The notes beneath the pieces are model-generated. The model did no database searches. It was not told where the DNA came from and saw nothing but the letters and a program-made list of their open reading frames with translations. The position numbers were made by a program, and so were the translations under genes. Below, one piece after another: positions 40,331 to 53,785 of a DNA stretch of 64,000 nt. The DNA is from Lama glama (lineage: Eukaryota). The number at the start of each line of letters is the position of its first letter. Position 1 is the first letter of the stretch. The stretch lies in contig CM052817.1 of NCBI GenBank assembly GCA_028534125.1, forward strand, positions 58,096,001 to 58,160,000. Reading direction: 5' to 3'.

Positions 40331-43300
40331 CTTCAACTTTACTTATTCCAAATTTGCCACCCAAAGAAGGTTAGGACTATTAAGTTAATGGACATTTGAG
40401 AATGTCATCATCTCACCTGACTTGCTAGATTTATCAGTAATACATTGGGAATGAAAATAGGGGGAAATAGTATATTCACAAGTAATGCTTCCTTTGTTGG
40501 CTTTGACATTTTCAAGAGGAGAGCATTTCTTTTGAAATTTTTGAAAATCTCTAACCATTTCTGCTGAACATCTCCTTTGGCAAAGGGTTGAGTTTGGATG
40601 CACTATATTTCATTTTCAGAGCTGGATACCTACTGCTGTTGTGGTTTATATTTGTCAGGGGCTGACAAGTCACAATTTGGCCCTTGTGATTGCTTCCTAA
40701 ATTACCACCTTCTATCAACCTAATGGTTCTCAAGTTTCAGTGCATTGCAGAAGCTGCATGAAGGAATTCAATACCGCAATTTAAATTAGGGCTTATTTCT
40801 TTTTAAATCATGAAGGGGAATATAGCTTCAATTCCCTAAATTCTTAAGGTTAAAAAATTTTTTTTTCTTATTTTTGGCTTCTACTATTACTTGTTTATGG
40901 CAGAATCTATTCTTGTAGTTACATTTATATTTTGACGTAAAATTTAAATTCAGTTATTAAGATGCGATGACAGTTACAAAATATTCAAGAAATAGTTGTC
41001 ATTTTTTCTTCAATGGTTGTTGGCTAAGAAAGAATTCATACTTGTGTTGCTGGGCTCTTGGGGTCTTCTTTTTGATTATCAGGATAATGCATAGGGATAC
41101 TGAAGGAGCAGAGATGGTAGATTGAGTTACAAAAGAAAGTGCATATAATTAACTGGGTACTTTTAGAAGATGACTTAAAAGAATAACCCAGTAAAATAAT
41201 CTAAAATATTAAGTTCAGAAACAAAGAGAAGAGGAAAATTAGAGGTAGTGTAGAATTCTTACAGAAGTGGAAAGAGAAGAAATTGTGAAGCAGCTAATAT
41301 GTAATACTGTTGTGTAGAAATTCAAATTCTCTCACCCACCCATCTCCTTATACTATTTCTTTGAATTACTCTTTGCTGCCTCTTGACAGTTGGTAAAACT
41401 TGCATGTTTTTGGATTTTATTTTTTGAGTCTTTTTGACTTGAATCGGTGTTGTATGAATATAATAACATGCAGAGATAGACCATAAGGCAGAACAATGAG
41501 GAACAAGATAGTATACGATGGGCTTTTAACCAAAACGACAAAGCCATATACATGTTTCAGTTTGAACACATTGAAAAGCAGTAGTTACATCTTTTTTCCC
41601 CCTGGTTTCTAATCCTCAGCTCCAAGGCTGAATCCATGATCTGTTGGCACTGTTCATGAGGATCTAGAATCCTGACCTTAGTACAATGCTTATGTTTTGT
41701 AGTTGATAGACTCTTTTCTGATACCAACTGTGCCAAATATTAAGTTTCACTAAACACAGGTACCAGTGGTACACTTGGAAGTCAATTTGTTTAAAACATG
41801 CCTAAAACTATTCTAAATGCTGTAAGTGTAGGAAAAGAATGACTCTTGTTCTTAAGAAGGATTTTAATCTAGTTGTTGATTTGGTTATGGTTATGCCCAA
41901 AATGTTTAGTTTGAGGAATGTGATGTGAATTGGAATTCCTGAAACTACACTAGTGTTTCCCTATTACTGATACACTCCTCTGAGGATGGCTTAGAATTGA
42001 ACTGTCTTAGAAAGGAGTGAAACTCCTGATGACTCTGTAATCAGACAGACAACAATAAATGAGAACTCTCTTTGACTCACAGATCATATTATCTGTTGAA
42101 AAAGACAGTTACATAAACAGATTATAATTGCATCTTTCTATCACAATGGTATTCAAATGTGATAAGTATTAAAATAGGGGAGGCACAAGAGAATAATCTG
42201 AGAGCTGTCTTAACCTTAAAGGACTGGTCGACCTATGGAGAAAATCTGAATAAGGTTGAAAATGTTGTGGTGAAGGGTGAGGCAAGATGAGTTCAAGGAA
42301 TAGAGTTAGAATTGAGATGATAAATTAGAATGAGTGAAACCAGAAGATCAGTGGTTCAATGTTAAAATTTCTAGGGAATGCCAGGTTAAAGTTGGAGATG
42401 CTGATTTCTAGAATTTAAGAATGAAGTTTCAAGATGTGAGTTCATGAGTATAACTCATGTTACAAATAATAGGAAAATTAAAATAGCTACATATAGGAAA
42501 AAATAAGTATGTGATCCTAGATCATAAAATGGTATACCATATATTTAGAACCTTGACACAGCAGGTTTTGGGAATAGGACCCTCAAGGAGGCATTTTCTT
42601 GAGATTGTTAAAAGTTTATAGCATTTTATTTTATTATAGTGAGAATAAGTCTTAGATTTTAACTCCCTGGCTGCTGTCACTGTAAGTGAAATGCATTTAT
42701 AAATTTAAGGAGTACAATTCAATTAAACCTTTCTTCGATGATTTCTAAAATAACTTTGCAATACTAATCAACTACAATAAAAACAAATCGAAGGCAAAAG
42801 TTTCCTAATTGCATTAGTATAGTCAAACTACAGGTATTTTTCTTGCAAATGTTCAAAGAACTCTAAATATAAGCCATTAAAACTTATTTAAAGGATCGTC
42901 TTATGCAACTCAATTTAAATAGTATATAATTAACCTATATAGCTAGTTTAATTAATTTACCGGTGTTAAATCAATCTAGGATGATGATATTCTTGGACTG
43001 AGGCCATGTAATTTTTTAAGTAGGATTTTTTGCTATATTTTTAATTCCTGAGACAATTGCTTATTGGAAACATCAATTTAGTGAAATTCTTAGACTTTAA
43101 TCACACATAACCTTATGTTACCTTCTTATATATGTATTTATTATAATGGATAGTCATGTAAATGACTTGACCTTGCATTATGAAACCAGGTAAAATAAAA
43201 TTTGTCAATGTAAGTTTGTAGTTTCCATGTTTCCCTATTAAAAATACCTACAAATTCAAAAAATTGCAAAGATTATAAATATTAAGGCATTAACAAAGTT

Positions 43301-45019
43301 AAACATTTTAAAGTATCTATGTTTATTCTAAGTGTGTAATTACTTCCCAAATATATTTTTCAGTCACAACCATTAAAAATGGGTTCATTTGGGGGATATT
43401 ACCAGAGAGGTAAGAATACCCAATGAATATTAAAATTTTACAAGAATATTGTCAGTAAGGTTTGTGAATTCTCATTTTATCAATGACTATCCACACAATA
43501 ATGAGCAGTCATTTATACACAAAGATAATGAAAAAGATAGTTTGGGATAAGCTGAATTGAAATGAAAAAAACAAGTTATTCTCGGAAAGAAAAAAGGGTA
43601 TCATTTGAAAAACTGTGGAATTGCTGTAATTCGTCATGTTGCTGAAATCCACACCACAGCAAAAATTTTAATGTGGAGCATGAGAACAGCCTCTTCCATT
43701 CTCAGTGTGTACTCATTTCTTCCTTCCTCATTAGTTAACCTTTATCTGTGTTTCCTTACCTGTTGGTTATTGTGGATGTGAATCACTGGGTTACTCTGTG
43801 TACTTATCTAGTGTTCCTCTCATGTTTTATTCCTTCTTCTGAACATAAAGCCTTTAATTTTCCAGGCTGAATCTTTTGTGACAATCCACTAATGCTGGGC
43901 TCCATTTCCCTTTCCTCTTCTCTCTTTCCCTCCCTCTTCTCTCTGTCCTTATAATGCTTTTATCTCCCCTTCCCTCCATTCTGGTTCAGATCCAAGATTC
44001 CCTTTGGCTCTTATTCATTTATAGATTCCTCTGAAGTTTTCACATTTCCTTACAGTCCCAGCATCTACCTAGTCACCTGCTCGTTTCACTCTGCTGAAAT
44101 GTGCCTATTTTCAGTCAAAAGTAGTCAGACCGTTTCCTCTCTGGGAGACAGGTAGTGTATCTACAGTTTGCCTTATGCTAGTGTGTCTATCTCAAAAATT
44201 AGATGTCTATAGAAATTATTCTTGAGCCTCCAAACAGATTTCATAACTTCTGTTATACTATGGATAAAGTTTATATTGCTGTCATCATTGGTGTTTTTCC
44301 CCTGTAAACTAACTTACTGATATGTAGCAGTGGTTATGTGAAAAGAACCTTGAAATATTTCTCTGTTTTCTATCCCCAGATGTGTCTGACTTAATAGCTA
44401 ACATTCTTTTACCATCTTTTACCATCTGTCTGGTGCTAAACTCAGCAATTATAAAATATTTTAAAAATACTTAGATTAAGAAATTTCCCAATTTCTTTTG
44501 AGTGTTTACTCAAACTGGAATCTCAGAAATACTGTTATTAAAAAGTTTCTTCTAAAACCTAACCTAAATGCTCATTGTGCCAATCTGCCCTCATGAAAAC
44601 AGAATGTTCCTAACTTCAGGTAACCATTTACTGCTGTTAAGCACTCTCTCAGCTTTCTCTTGCCTACAATATATTCTTTTCTTAAAAATCTTTTTCTTCA
44701 GACCCTTATTAATTTGGGTTTCTTTTGGTAATCTGTCAGTATAACTTCCAAATAATAAAGATGTTCCAAGTTAAAAACACTTCAGAAGTTTTGTTCACTT
44801 AGACACAAATTCCACTGTGTAAGTCTCTTGAAGTTGTTGTATTATTACAGTCTGTGAGGATTAGTATATTGTAAGGAGATTACTAGACTCCATTACTTAG
44901 CAGCACAGTGAGAGAGGGTGCACCACGGGAATACAGAGCAATAAACGCTTGAGTTGTACAATTAGAAGAGTTCTGGGTAAACAGTGTTATGTTCCAGTAC
45001 CCTCTTTAAAACACAGCAT

Positions 45020-46330
45020 CAAACCAATTAACTTTTCCTGAGTATTACTCCATATACACTATTTGCTGTAAGGGATAGAGAATACCGAAAAAATATGAGA
45101 CGTGATTTCCAGTGTCAAGAACTCTAAATTCATTTTGAAGAAGGGATGTGTTCATGTTGATATAAGCCATTTTAGAGAGTTATCAACAGCATAGTTTTAA
45201 TAATAAAGGCAGAAAAACTGAGAATCTGAGAAGTCAAATAGTTGCCAAAGTTATACAGGTGGAAAGTTACAGAGATGAAATTCAGATTTGTCTGTCTGGG
45301 TGAGAAGGTCATGATCCTGCCTTATGTTAAATCAACTTGATACAAGGGAAAAAAAGATGATAACACGTGAAAAAACATTGAATCCTAGGTGATGATGGCA
45401 TCAATTCTGAGTATAGTCTCTAGTTGCTCTAGAAGAACTCGGGGAGGGTGAAAGTAACCAAGAAAGAATTCATGGAAGAGATGGGAACTAAGCTGTAGTT
45501 TGAAGAGGAGTAGGATAAAGACACACACAGGGAAAGATGAAAATATAAGAAGAGTTGGTGCAAAGGCATATAAATAAAAATAGGCTATTTATATATTTTA
45601 AATGTGGAAGCTAATGGATTTTGTTAGTTTATAATAGGCTCTTTTAGCAATAGCTGAGAAATAAGATTGGATAGGACATAATTGTCGTAGCTGCACTGAT
45701 TGATCATATAACAATTATGGGTACAGTTAAGTGCTTTAAATATATTAACTCATTTAATCTGCAGAATAACCATATCAGAGGGTTACTATAATTAATTCCA
45801 GTTTATGGATGAGAAAATTGTTGTGCAGAGAGGTTAAAGAGCTTTTCCAAAGTTCATAGAACTAGTAAATAGAGAACTGAATTCAGAACCAGGCTTTCTA
45901 GTTCTAGGTACTATATTTTTAACCATTATCTATTGCTACATAAAATGATAAAATTTTGCATGCACCCTTGAAAGTCATGTATATCAGCTGTACACTAGGA
46001 ATAGGAAAATGAAATAGTGGTCTAGGATGTATGCCTGTTAGGATTGGAGTTAAGTAGTGGGTGATGTGCAATAGGATTGGAGAATAAGATGATAAAATCT
46101 GAAATAATCTGTGATTAGTTATAAATATTGAAGGGGAGGTAGATGTAAATTTTTAATGAAATTTTGGGCTCTAATGATTGAAATATTCCTGGTGTCAACT
46201 ACAGATAGGCAGGTTGATTGTGAGACCCTGTTTGGAAGGAAAAGTGATTAGTTCAGTTTTCCTATTCTGAGTTGAGCCAACTGTGAAATATGAAGAGACT
46301 GATTCCCAGAAGATATATTTTAGAATACAG
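45020..46330 (-). mobile_element. L2 fragments with two inserted MIRs (~45150-45330 and 45690-45940)
   Basis: L2 motif AAGAAAGAATTCATGGAAGAGATGGGAACTAAGCTG; MIR motif TATTAACTCATTTAATCTGCAGAATAACC...GGATGAGAAAATTG. Confidence 0.7.
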
Positions 46331-47829
46331 GAAAGACAATTCACTGAGGAACACAGACATTAAGATATTAACTTAGTAGTTGCACTGTCCAGTACATTTA
46401 ATAAACATTTGAGTGTAAAAAGTTACTGAAGAAGTAAAATTCAAAGTGGATTCCTTGGACCATTACTAGGCCACAGACTGTTACCAGTCAGGATTAAGAG
46501 TAATTCTTATTTATTTTATTTTACAAAAGTACTGATATGCAATTGGGGTTAAAAAAAAACTGGTTCTTAATGACAAATAGTTTAAAAACAGATATCAAGA
46601 TGACATCTCTTCACTGCAGTGGTGGAATCACCCAGACACATTGAGGCAATTTCCCACATGTCATGATCAAGCTCATGGAATTCACCTTATTTGCTTTTGT
46701 TCCTTCCAGTGCACCCTCCTGATCAGTAGGAGCCTGGATCTCTAATCTTTTCCTGGATTGCAGTGTCCTAGTTGTCTGCAATAAGTACTGGGGCAGAGGA
46801 TTTGCTTTTCTGTAATACGTAATTAAAGTGAACAATCCAAGAGGCAGCATCCTGTAATGGAACCAAAGTCAATCTAGACAAGCCATCTCACTGTATCGTC
46901 AATCCAAACATTCTTGACACAGGATTAAGGGTTAAAAGCGAAGAATCAGAAAAAAAAATAACCATTTTTTCTTGGCTTGAGAAATATCCGAAGTCATTTT
47001 CATGGATCTTTTATAGGTTGCTGTGGTTAGTTGCAGATTCTTTAGCAACATTGATTATACCTGTGCAGTTATGATCTGGGAAGCATCAGACCTCGTCAAC
47101 AGAACATAAACATGAAGATGGCTTGTTGCCTTATTTTTCTTAAAGTATACCTGCACCATTGCTAGGCTTCCTGAGAATTCTCAAGCTGTTTTATAGGATT
47201 TTCTAAGGAAGATCCTCTGAACCCACCAGGCACTGGGATGGGGCAGGGCTTGCATTATTTAAAGCAGTTGCAGTGCAATGTTTCCTCCAATAGAGGTGGA
47301 CTGACATTGTCTCCCCTGGGCCCTGGTCTTCCCAGGTGGAATGGTGGAAAGACAAGTTCTTAACTCTGAAGAACTTAGAAGTTTTGGGGTTCTCAGGGGT
47401 CTGAGATAACACCCTCCTTCAGGTCAGCCTCTGTCTAGTGGCCATTATGCAGGATCTCAAACACAGATGCCTGCTGTAGGGACCCAGCGGCACTGTTCCT
47501 ATGCTGTGGACACACAGGAAGTCCCGGCTAGGCACCTGATTGTTTTTCTTTGTATTCAAGTCAGAAACAACAGACCTACATGGTTAAACTGTTTCCCTTG
47601 GTAAAGCAGCTGATTAGGTTTGTTTAATGTCTAAAGTTACTCTGTAATCCTGAGTAAAGGGGCAGGTAGAGGTACAGAAACGCCTTCTAATAAGTCCTCT
47701 GAGATGCCTAGACAGCCAAAATCTTCAGAGTATGAGGAATACAAAGATGTAAGAATCATCTGCATGTGGTAGAAGTTTACAGCTAGTTTAAAGCACAAAT
47801 CATAGTAAAATCCATAATTAAGATTGTAA

Positions 47830-49075
47830 ACAAATCCTATTTGAAGAACCAGATTTGCCCTTCCCCCTGAAACAGCATAAAAACAGACAAAATAGATGAA
47901 ACACACATTTTCAAGACACTGGACATCATCCACTAAAGAACCTAAAGAACTGACCCTAAAAGTTTGAGAACAAATTAGGTGAGCCTTAAAATGTCCTCAG
48001 TTTTAGTGCCTTGAGAGTTTCTAAGTCTTGATGCATGCAGAGGAAATTCAGGTGGAGCCTAGTTGGCTTTCTATAATGAAGAGACAGAGTTGAGAATCTG
48101 GGAAGACAACAACAGCTAGAGATTGCAGAACACAATGCTGGAAAATAGCTGCACACAAAGAGAGAACCCGAGTAATCTACAGAGGATCTCCCTTAGGTAT
48201 TCAGCTGGGAACTAAGTAGCAAATTTTTGTGAGGGAACTATCTGAGGCTAGTAAAATAAATATGCAAAAAGGTAAGAGGTAACAGTGCCTGATACTTATA
48301 CAGGGCCAGAAATAGTACCTGGTCCCAATAGTCACACGCCTATTAGAATGACTACAATTAAAAAGATTGACCATAGCAAGTGTTGATGAGAATGTGGAGC
48401 AACTGGAATCCCCACACCCTGTTGATAGGAAAGCTAAGGGTGCAGCCATTTTGGAATGCAGTTTGTCAGACTCTTAAAAAGTCAAACATATTTCTACTCA
48501 TGACTTTGCCATATTTTCATATATAAATATTTGCCCAAGAGAGGTGGAAGCATGTATCCATAAAAGACTTGTACACACATGTTCACAACAGTTTTAACTG
48601 AAAGAGCATAAACTGAAAACACACTGAATGGACATTGACAAGTAAATGGATAAACAAATTTTGATACATCCTTACAGTGGAATTACTAAGCAATACAAGG
48701 AAATGGACCATTGATACATGCTACAACATAAGTGAATGTCACAGTAATTACACTGAGTGGAAGGAGCCAGAATAAAAATGTATATAGTATATGATTCAAT
48801 ATGTATAAAATTCTAGAAAATTAATACACAGTGATAAAAATCAGGTCATTACTTCTCTGGGGAAAGGGTGGGGTGTGCACTGGCCAGAAAGGATGGGAAG
48901 GAGAGATTACATAAAAGATCAGAAAACTTCTAAAGATGATAGATATGTTCATTGTCTTGATTGTGCACTGGTGATAGTTTCACAAGTGCATACATATGCC
49001 AAAACTTATCAGTTACTACAACTTAAATATGTATAGCTTATTGTGTGTCAGTTATTTCTCAAACTAAAAAAAAAA
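47830..49075 (+). mobile_element. Old L1 (L1MC/MD-like) with 5' region fused to 3' end
   Basis: 5'-UTR-like TTTTCAAGACACTGGACATC...GGTGAGCCTT...CCTTGAGAGTTTC, then at ~48330 CACGCCTATTAGAATGACT (ORF2 end) and 3' UTR, ending in an A-tail at 49066-49075. Confidence 0.8.
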
Positions 49076-52000
49076 GTATAAGCAAATGCTATTTAGCAAA
49101 TGAAGGATAGACACAGTAGGTGCAGTGGTTATTTAGAAGAGTGTATGAGAGAAACAGAGAATATAAATAACTTTCAGCTAAGGATAGCTATACAAAGGGG
49201 GTGAGATATATGTTAGGACTAGAAAGTAAACATTTTGGTAGGTAGATGAAAGATGAATGGGAATGTGTTCAATATAAATAGGGTCATTAAAGTGGAAAAA
49301 ATCTAGGAATTTTCATAGGTTGAATTGGATGTGATCCCAACTAGAGTGATCTCACTGATATTAGAGGTGGACAGAGTGGTGAGATGGGTTGGAACTTCTG
49401 AATGACATGCCAAGAAGTCTTACAGCAGAATGCATAAGCCCTCTCAAGGAAGGAGCATATTGCCAGAAAAGCAGAGGGCACCAAACTGAGTCTTCAGAAT
49501 CACTTGGGTTAAGTGAATTCAGGAAAAAGAGTTACAAAGTTTGTTTGTTTTAAGGAGTGGATGTAGGGGAGCATGCAGTTATCACAGTATTAAAGAGAAC
49601 AATTGGTAAAAGAGCTTCAGAAACAAGGATACAGTTTTTTGAAACATTGAAGAAGTTGTAGGGAAGGGGAAGAATGAAAGGGCCATGGCTTTAGCAATGA
49701 GAAGATGTTGATTTCCTAAATGAACACAGTAAATGGGTCTCCATGACAAACTGTCAAACATACCCCATTATCAAGAAGTCTTCTATCAGAGAAAAACTAT
49801 CCTGTTAAGGTTGGTGATTTCTATGAGGGGAATTTCTGGAGGGCAAATTTGGCTTAATTTTTTTTCCATAAAAAATTTGGCTTATTTTTGGATCTACTGT
49901 GGATATCCAGAAACCCTGAGGACTCCTAGTCCAAGTCCCATTCCAAGTACTGTTAACACTAGATTCAAAATTATTTTGACATCTTTGAAGTTCAGAATTA
50001 GGCTATCTTGGAGACCTTGAGATTAGGAGGAACCCACATTTCCCCTTTTGAGTGTCAGAACCAGGCAATTCTAAAGAGTAGAGTAAATCAAATATAGTTT
50101 AGGCTAGTGTCTTATTCTCTGAGTACAAATTAGTTAGGCTGTTATAAGTCACGTTCTTTTATTTTATAATAGAACAACCTGCTGTTGTTAAACGAGTTAG
50201 CACTATATTGTAAGCAAACCTTTAGCAGAAGGGTTGCAAAGGTGTATTGGTGCATGAAGCAGGGATACAGAGCTGAAGTGACAGATTTTACAGCAGCAAA
50301 TTAAAAGTGCTCTCAGGTAAAATTTACATGATATTTTCAGATAAATTGTGCATCCAGGACACATGGAGAATGACAAAATTGTGAACATCATCTCTGAATA
50401 GGAAAGTCATGATAGATATATGCTTAGCTCTCAAAGAGCAGTTCATTTAAAAAATAAGCCATGTTTTCTTATAGTTTCAGGGCAAGACAGGAAAAAGTTG
50501 TTTTTAAAGGGAGTGAAGATATTGATCTCTGACAGCCGATCTTTTCAATCTAAGTGAAAACACCAGCTGTAGCAGCAGCGGCAACAAATTTACCAATTTT
50601 CCTTTTTATTTGAAAGGTTCCTTGGCCATTTGAAATGCTTTTTACCACAGGGTGAATGGAATAAGCTTTTGGTTTCATCTCTGAATAATGAGTAGCCCCT
50701 GTTTGAGGAGTCAGGAATCATCTTTTGAAATGTCGAGAATCGTGTTGATGAGGTGGACTTAGAGACTCTTCTGTGAGTAAGTTGTTGTAGGTCTTACTGA
50801 AAGTGGTCACTGAGACTCATCCACTCTTTTTATTCCTCTCATATCTCCTCCCACAAGCTTCCTCAAAACATCACTCCTCTTCACCTGCCCCTAAAAAAAT
50901 CACTCTGATATTGGAGGCTAGATCCATCATTGCATTTGTAAGCCTAGAATCAAGGGAACTATTACTGCTTTTCTTCACAAGACTAGTTCTTTTTGCACAT
51001 TTTTCATTATAAACTGTGCTGAAGGCATAAGGTTTCCCATATCAAGTCATAAAACATGTTGTATTTCAAGGAGGATGCACAGTCTGGTTATTCTGGCCAT
51101 GCTTTATTTACACAGGGGCTGGTCTGGCAAGTAGCTTGGTCAGGCAATCAGTATTGCCAAGATGGAAATCTAGAGCTGCTAAATTGTTTTGGAATGCATT
51201 ATTTTACTTTGAAAGTAAAAAAATATTTTAGTGTTTTTGAAACTAAAATGCAGCAATTTAGTATAACCAAATGAATTTAGAACAAAAACAGGAAAGTATT
51301 CTTAGGATTTTTGCAAAATTGGCACTTCAGATTTTTTTTTTTGCTTTAAAGTTTGTTGAAGTTATGGTAAAAATACAAAATACAACTAGCAGGAAAATTA
51401 GCTTTCATGAATGGAAACAATTTGTCTCTAATAAAACACATTTTTCCCCTATTTCTGCTACCCCCTCCTGTTTTTTAGGGTGATGTTCCAATCAGGACTT
51501 TTATGTTGGCTTTTTTGAAAGACCAAATATTTAATGTTAATTTTTGTTTGAAGTAGTGATGGCTTTGCCAGAAAACTATGAGCTCAAAATGTGATATTTG
51601 TTATAGTGTTTGTGTCCTTACTGAGGAAAATTGAATATAAATAAGTGTTAATGAGTGTCCTGGGTATCCTATAAAGAATAATTTACTCCCACTCAATAAA
51701 TGAGAAAGACCAAGGGCGGGGTGTGATAAATAGTACCAGATGAATATGCGGGATTTACAAAATGACAACAATACTATGAGCACAATAATAAATCCTTGAA
51801 AGACAGTTATAATTCTTCCAAGACTTATGGAATGATCATTTTGCCTATGGAGAGACATCTAGGGTGATTAAATTATGTGCATTATTTTTTTAGAGGGTTT
51901 ATGTTTTTTCCAGTGAAAATCTTTATGATCTGTTCTCCAAATGTGAAATTCTTTTGCTATATCGGTAAATAAGAATCTTTGAAACTGGCTAGATAAGCAC

Positions 52001-53339
52001 TGAATGTTCACAGTTGTTTTTTCTCACCATTTATACTGATGGAGAAACTTCCACACTCACATACACACATCATCAGGGAATTTTTTTTTTTTAGTTTCCT
52101 ATAGATTCTGAAGTCTTCCTAGTGATGCTGGGGTAAGCAGTCATTTCTGTTAGTTTTACACAGCTATTGCTTTGTGTTATAAAAAAATAGTACCCTGGGA
52201 CACCACAGGAACAATCAGACCAAGTAATCTGATTTTTTTTCTAGAAGAAAATATTTGAGTGAGAGCCTTTGACATGCATGGTATGTTTAAGAGGAAAAAG
52301 TAAAGTTAAAAGAAAATTGCTATAACGCAGAGATAAACTAAGAATAGCATCTGGAGTAAATAGATAATTTGAAAAGAATAGAAAGTTATCTACCTGCATG
52401 TCCCCAACACATAGAATATATTTTCTGAGGTATAACTACAAATATTTTAACTGTTTTCCTATGTGTGGTTCTAATCATGGATGTCCAGTAACTTCCTTTG
52501 AATTGTTCTTACATATTCTAATTGCTATTTTTATAAGAAATTATTTCCTGATGTTTAACCCAATTTTCGTTTATCCAGTATAACTTCATTGTTTCTAACT
52601 GGTGTAATCTGCAAACACACTAACAAGCCTTTCATGGTTTTGTTTCTCCACAGATCTGAAACTTCATTGTTTTGTACCTTTGGCAGTTTTTATAAGGCAT
52701 ATCTAAAATAAACATGCAAAATACTGTCCTATCAAGTTAGACAAGCTGAAGCACCTCTAATGTATGATGGAAAGAAAAAGAGAGAGAAAAAATTTTAATT
52801 AGGCTGAATTTCCTTATGACGACCATTTTCGCCACGAATGTGTTTGATTTTCTAAAACAGGGAAGTTGGAGATATATTAGTAGTCTTATATTCTATTTTT
52901 GCTTTTGTTACATTTAGTAGAGAAGAGTAAGGATAGTTTTTTATGCGTTTTACAAGCCTTTTAATTGTGTTGGCTTAGACTTGGAACAGACTTTTAAGAG
53001 TTTATAATTTTTAGAATTGAAACAAAATTTTTAATTACATAAGACAACTCTCAAAATTAAGAGTAAAAAGCGAATTCTTTATTTCCTTCCTAAAACTCTT
53101 CTCTCTGTGCCCTCATTACTGTGAGCCAGCCACCTTCTTAAAAATCCTGTTTTGAATCTCTATGTTAGTATATTCTTTCTTTGTCACCTACAGTCTCACC
53201 ATCTTAACAGTCTAACCCATAAGCATCACTCCTATTAAGGCTTGAGAAACTAAGAAAAGAGATATATAGATACTTAGTCAATATTTCATGGAGTTGATAA
53301 CAACACTTAACAACAAACGTCATATAAATGAAATGTGGC

Positions 53340-53575
53340 TGAGACTGTGGAGAGCTATATTATATGGTTTTGAATAGCTAACCTATCATTGCACAAGCTT
53401 ACTACTTTTGTGCAAGTTACTTAACCTCTCTGTGCATTTTACTTATCTACAAGTTGAGTATAATAATAATCTTTACTTCATGTATTGTTGTGAGGATCAA
53501 ATTAGTTAATATGTACAAAAAACACTTAGAAAATTTCCTGGCACAAAGTAAGCACTTACTCATTAGCTAGTGGTG
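53340..53575 (+). mobile_element. MIR
   Basis: GCAAGTTACTTAACCTCTCTGTGC...TTGTTGTGAGGATCAAATTAGTTAAT...CCTGGCACAAAGTAAGCACT. Confidence 0.92.
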
Positions 53576-53611
53576 GTAATAATAGTAATTCATACAAAAT
53601 GTGATTTATCA

Positions 53612-53649
53612 GTTGCATTGGTGGTTCAGTGGTAGAATTCTCGCCAGCA
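53612..53649 (+). pseudogene. Tailless retropseudogene of a 5' half of tRNA-Gly (likely GCC)
   Basis: GCATTGGTGGTTCAGTGGTAGAATTCTCGCC (53615-53645) equals the first 31 nt of mammalian tRNA-Gly. Perfect 16-bp TSD AAAATGTGATTTATCA at 53596-53611 and 53650-53665. Confidence 0.95.
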
Positions 53650-53689
53650 AAAATGTGATTTATCAAGGGAAAAGATATGGACAATGTGA

Positions 53690-53785
53690 TATACAAAAAT
53701 GAACGAAGTTTTGGTACATACTGCACCTTGGATGAGAGTTAAAGGCATTCTTCTAAGGGAAGTAAGCCAGACACAAAAGGCACTG
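53690..53785 (+). mobile_element. Short old L1 3' fragment
   Basis: AAAAATGAACGAAGTTTTGGTACATACTGCACCTTGGATGAG...CTAAGGGAAGTAAGCCAGACACAAAAGG. Confidence 0.8.

Noticed and set aside
52630..52660. Acceptor-like TTTTGTTTCTCCACAG (also at ~44379) as a possible exon 2
   Set aside because: No ORF or matching donor follows, and such motifs are common in long AT-rich introns.
53615..53648. Functional tRNA-Gly gene
   Set aside because: Only the 5' half is present, with no T-arm, B box or 3' acceptor strand.
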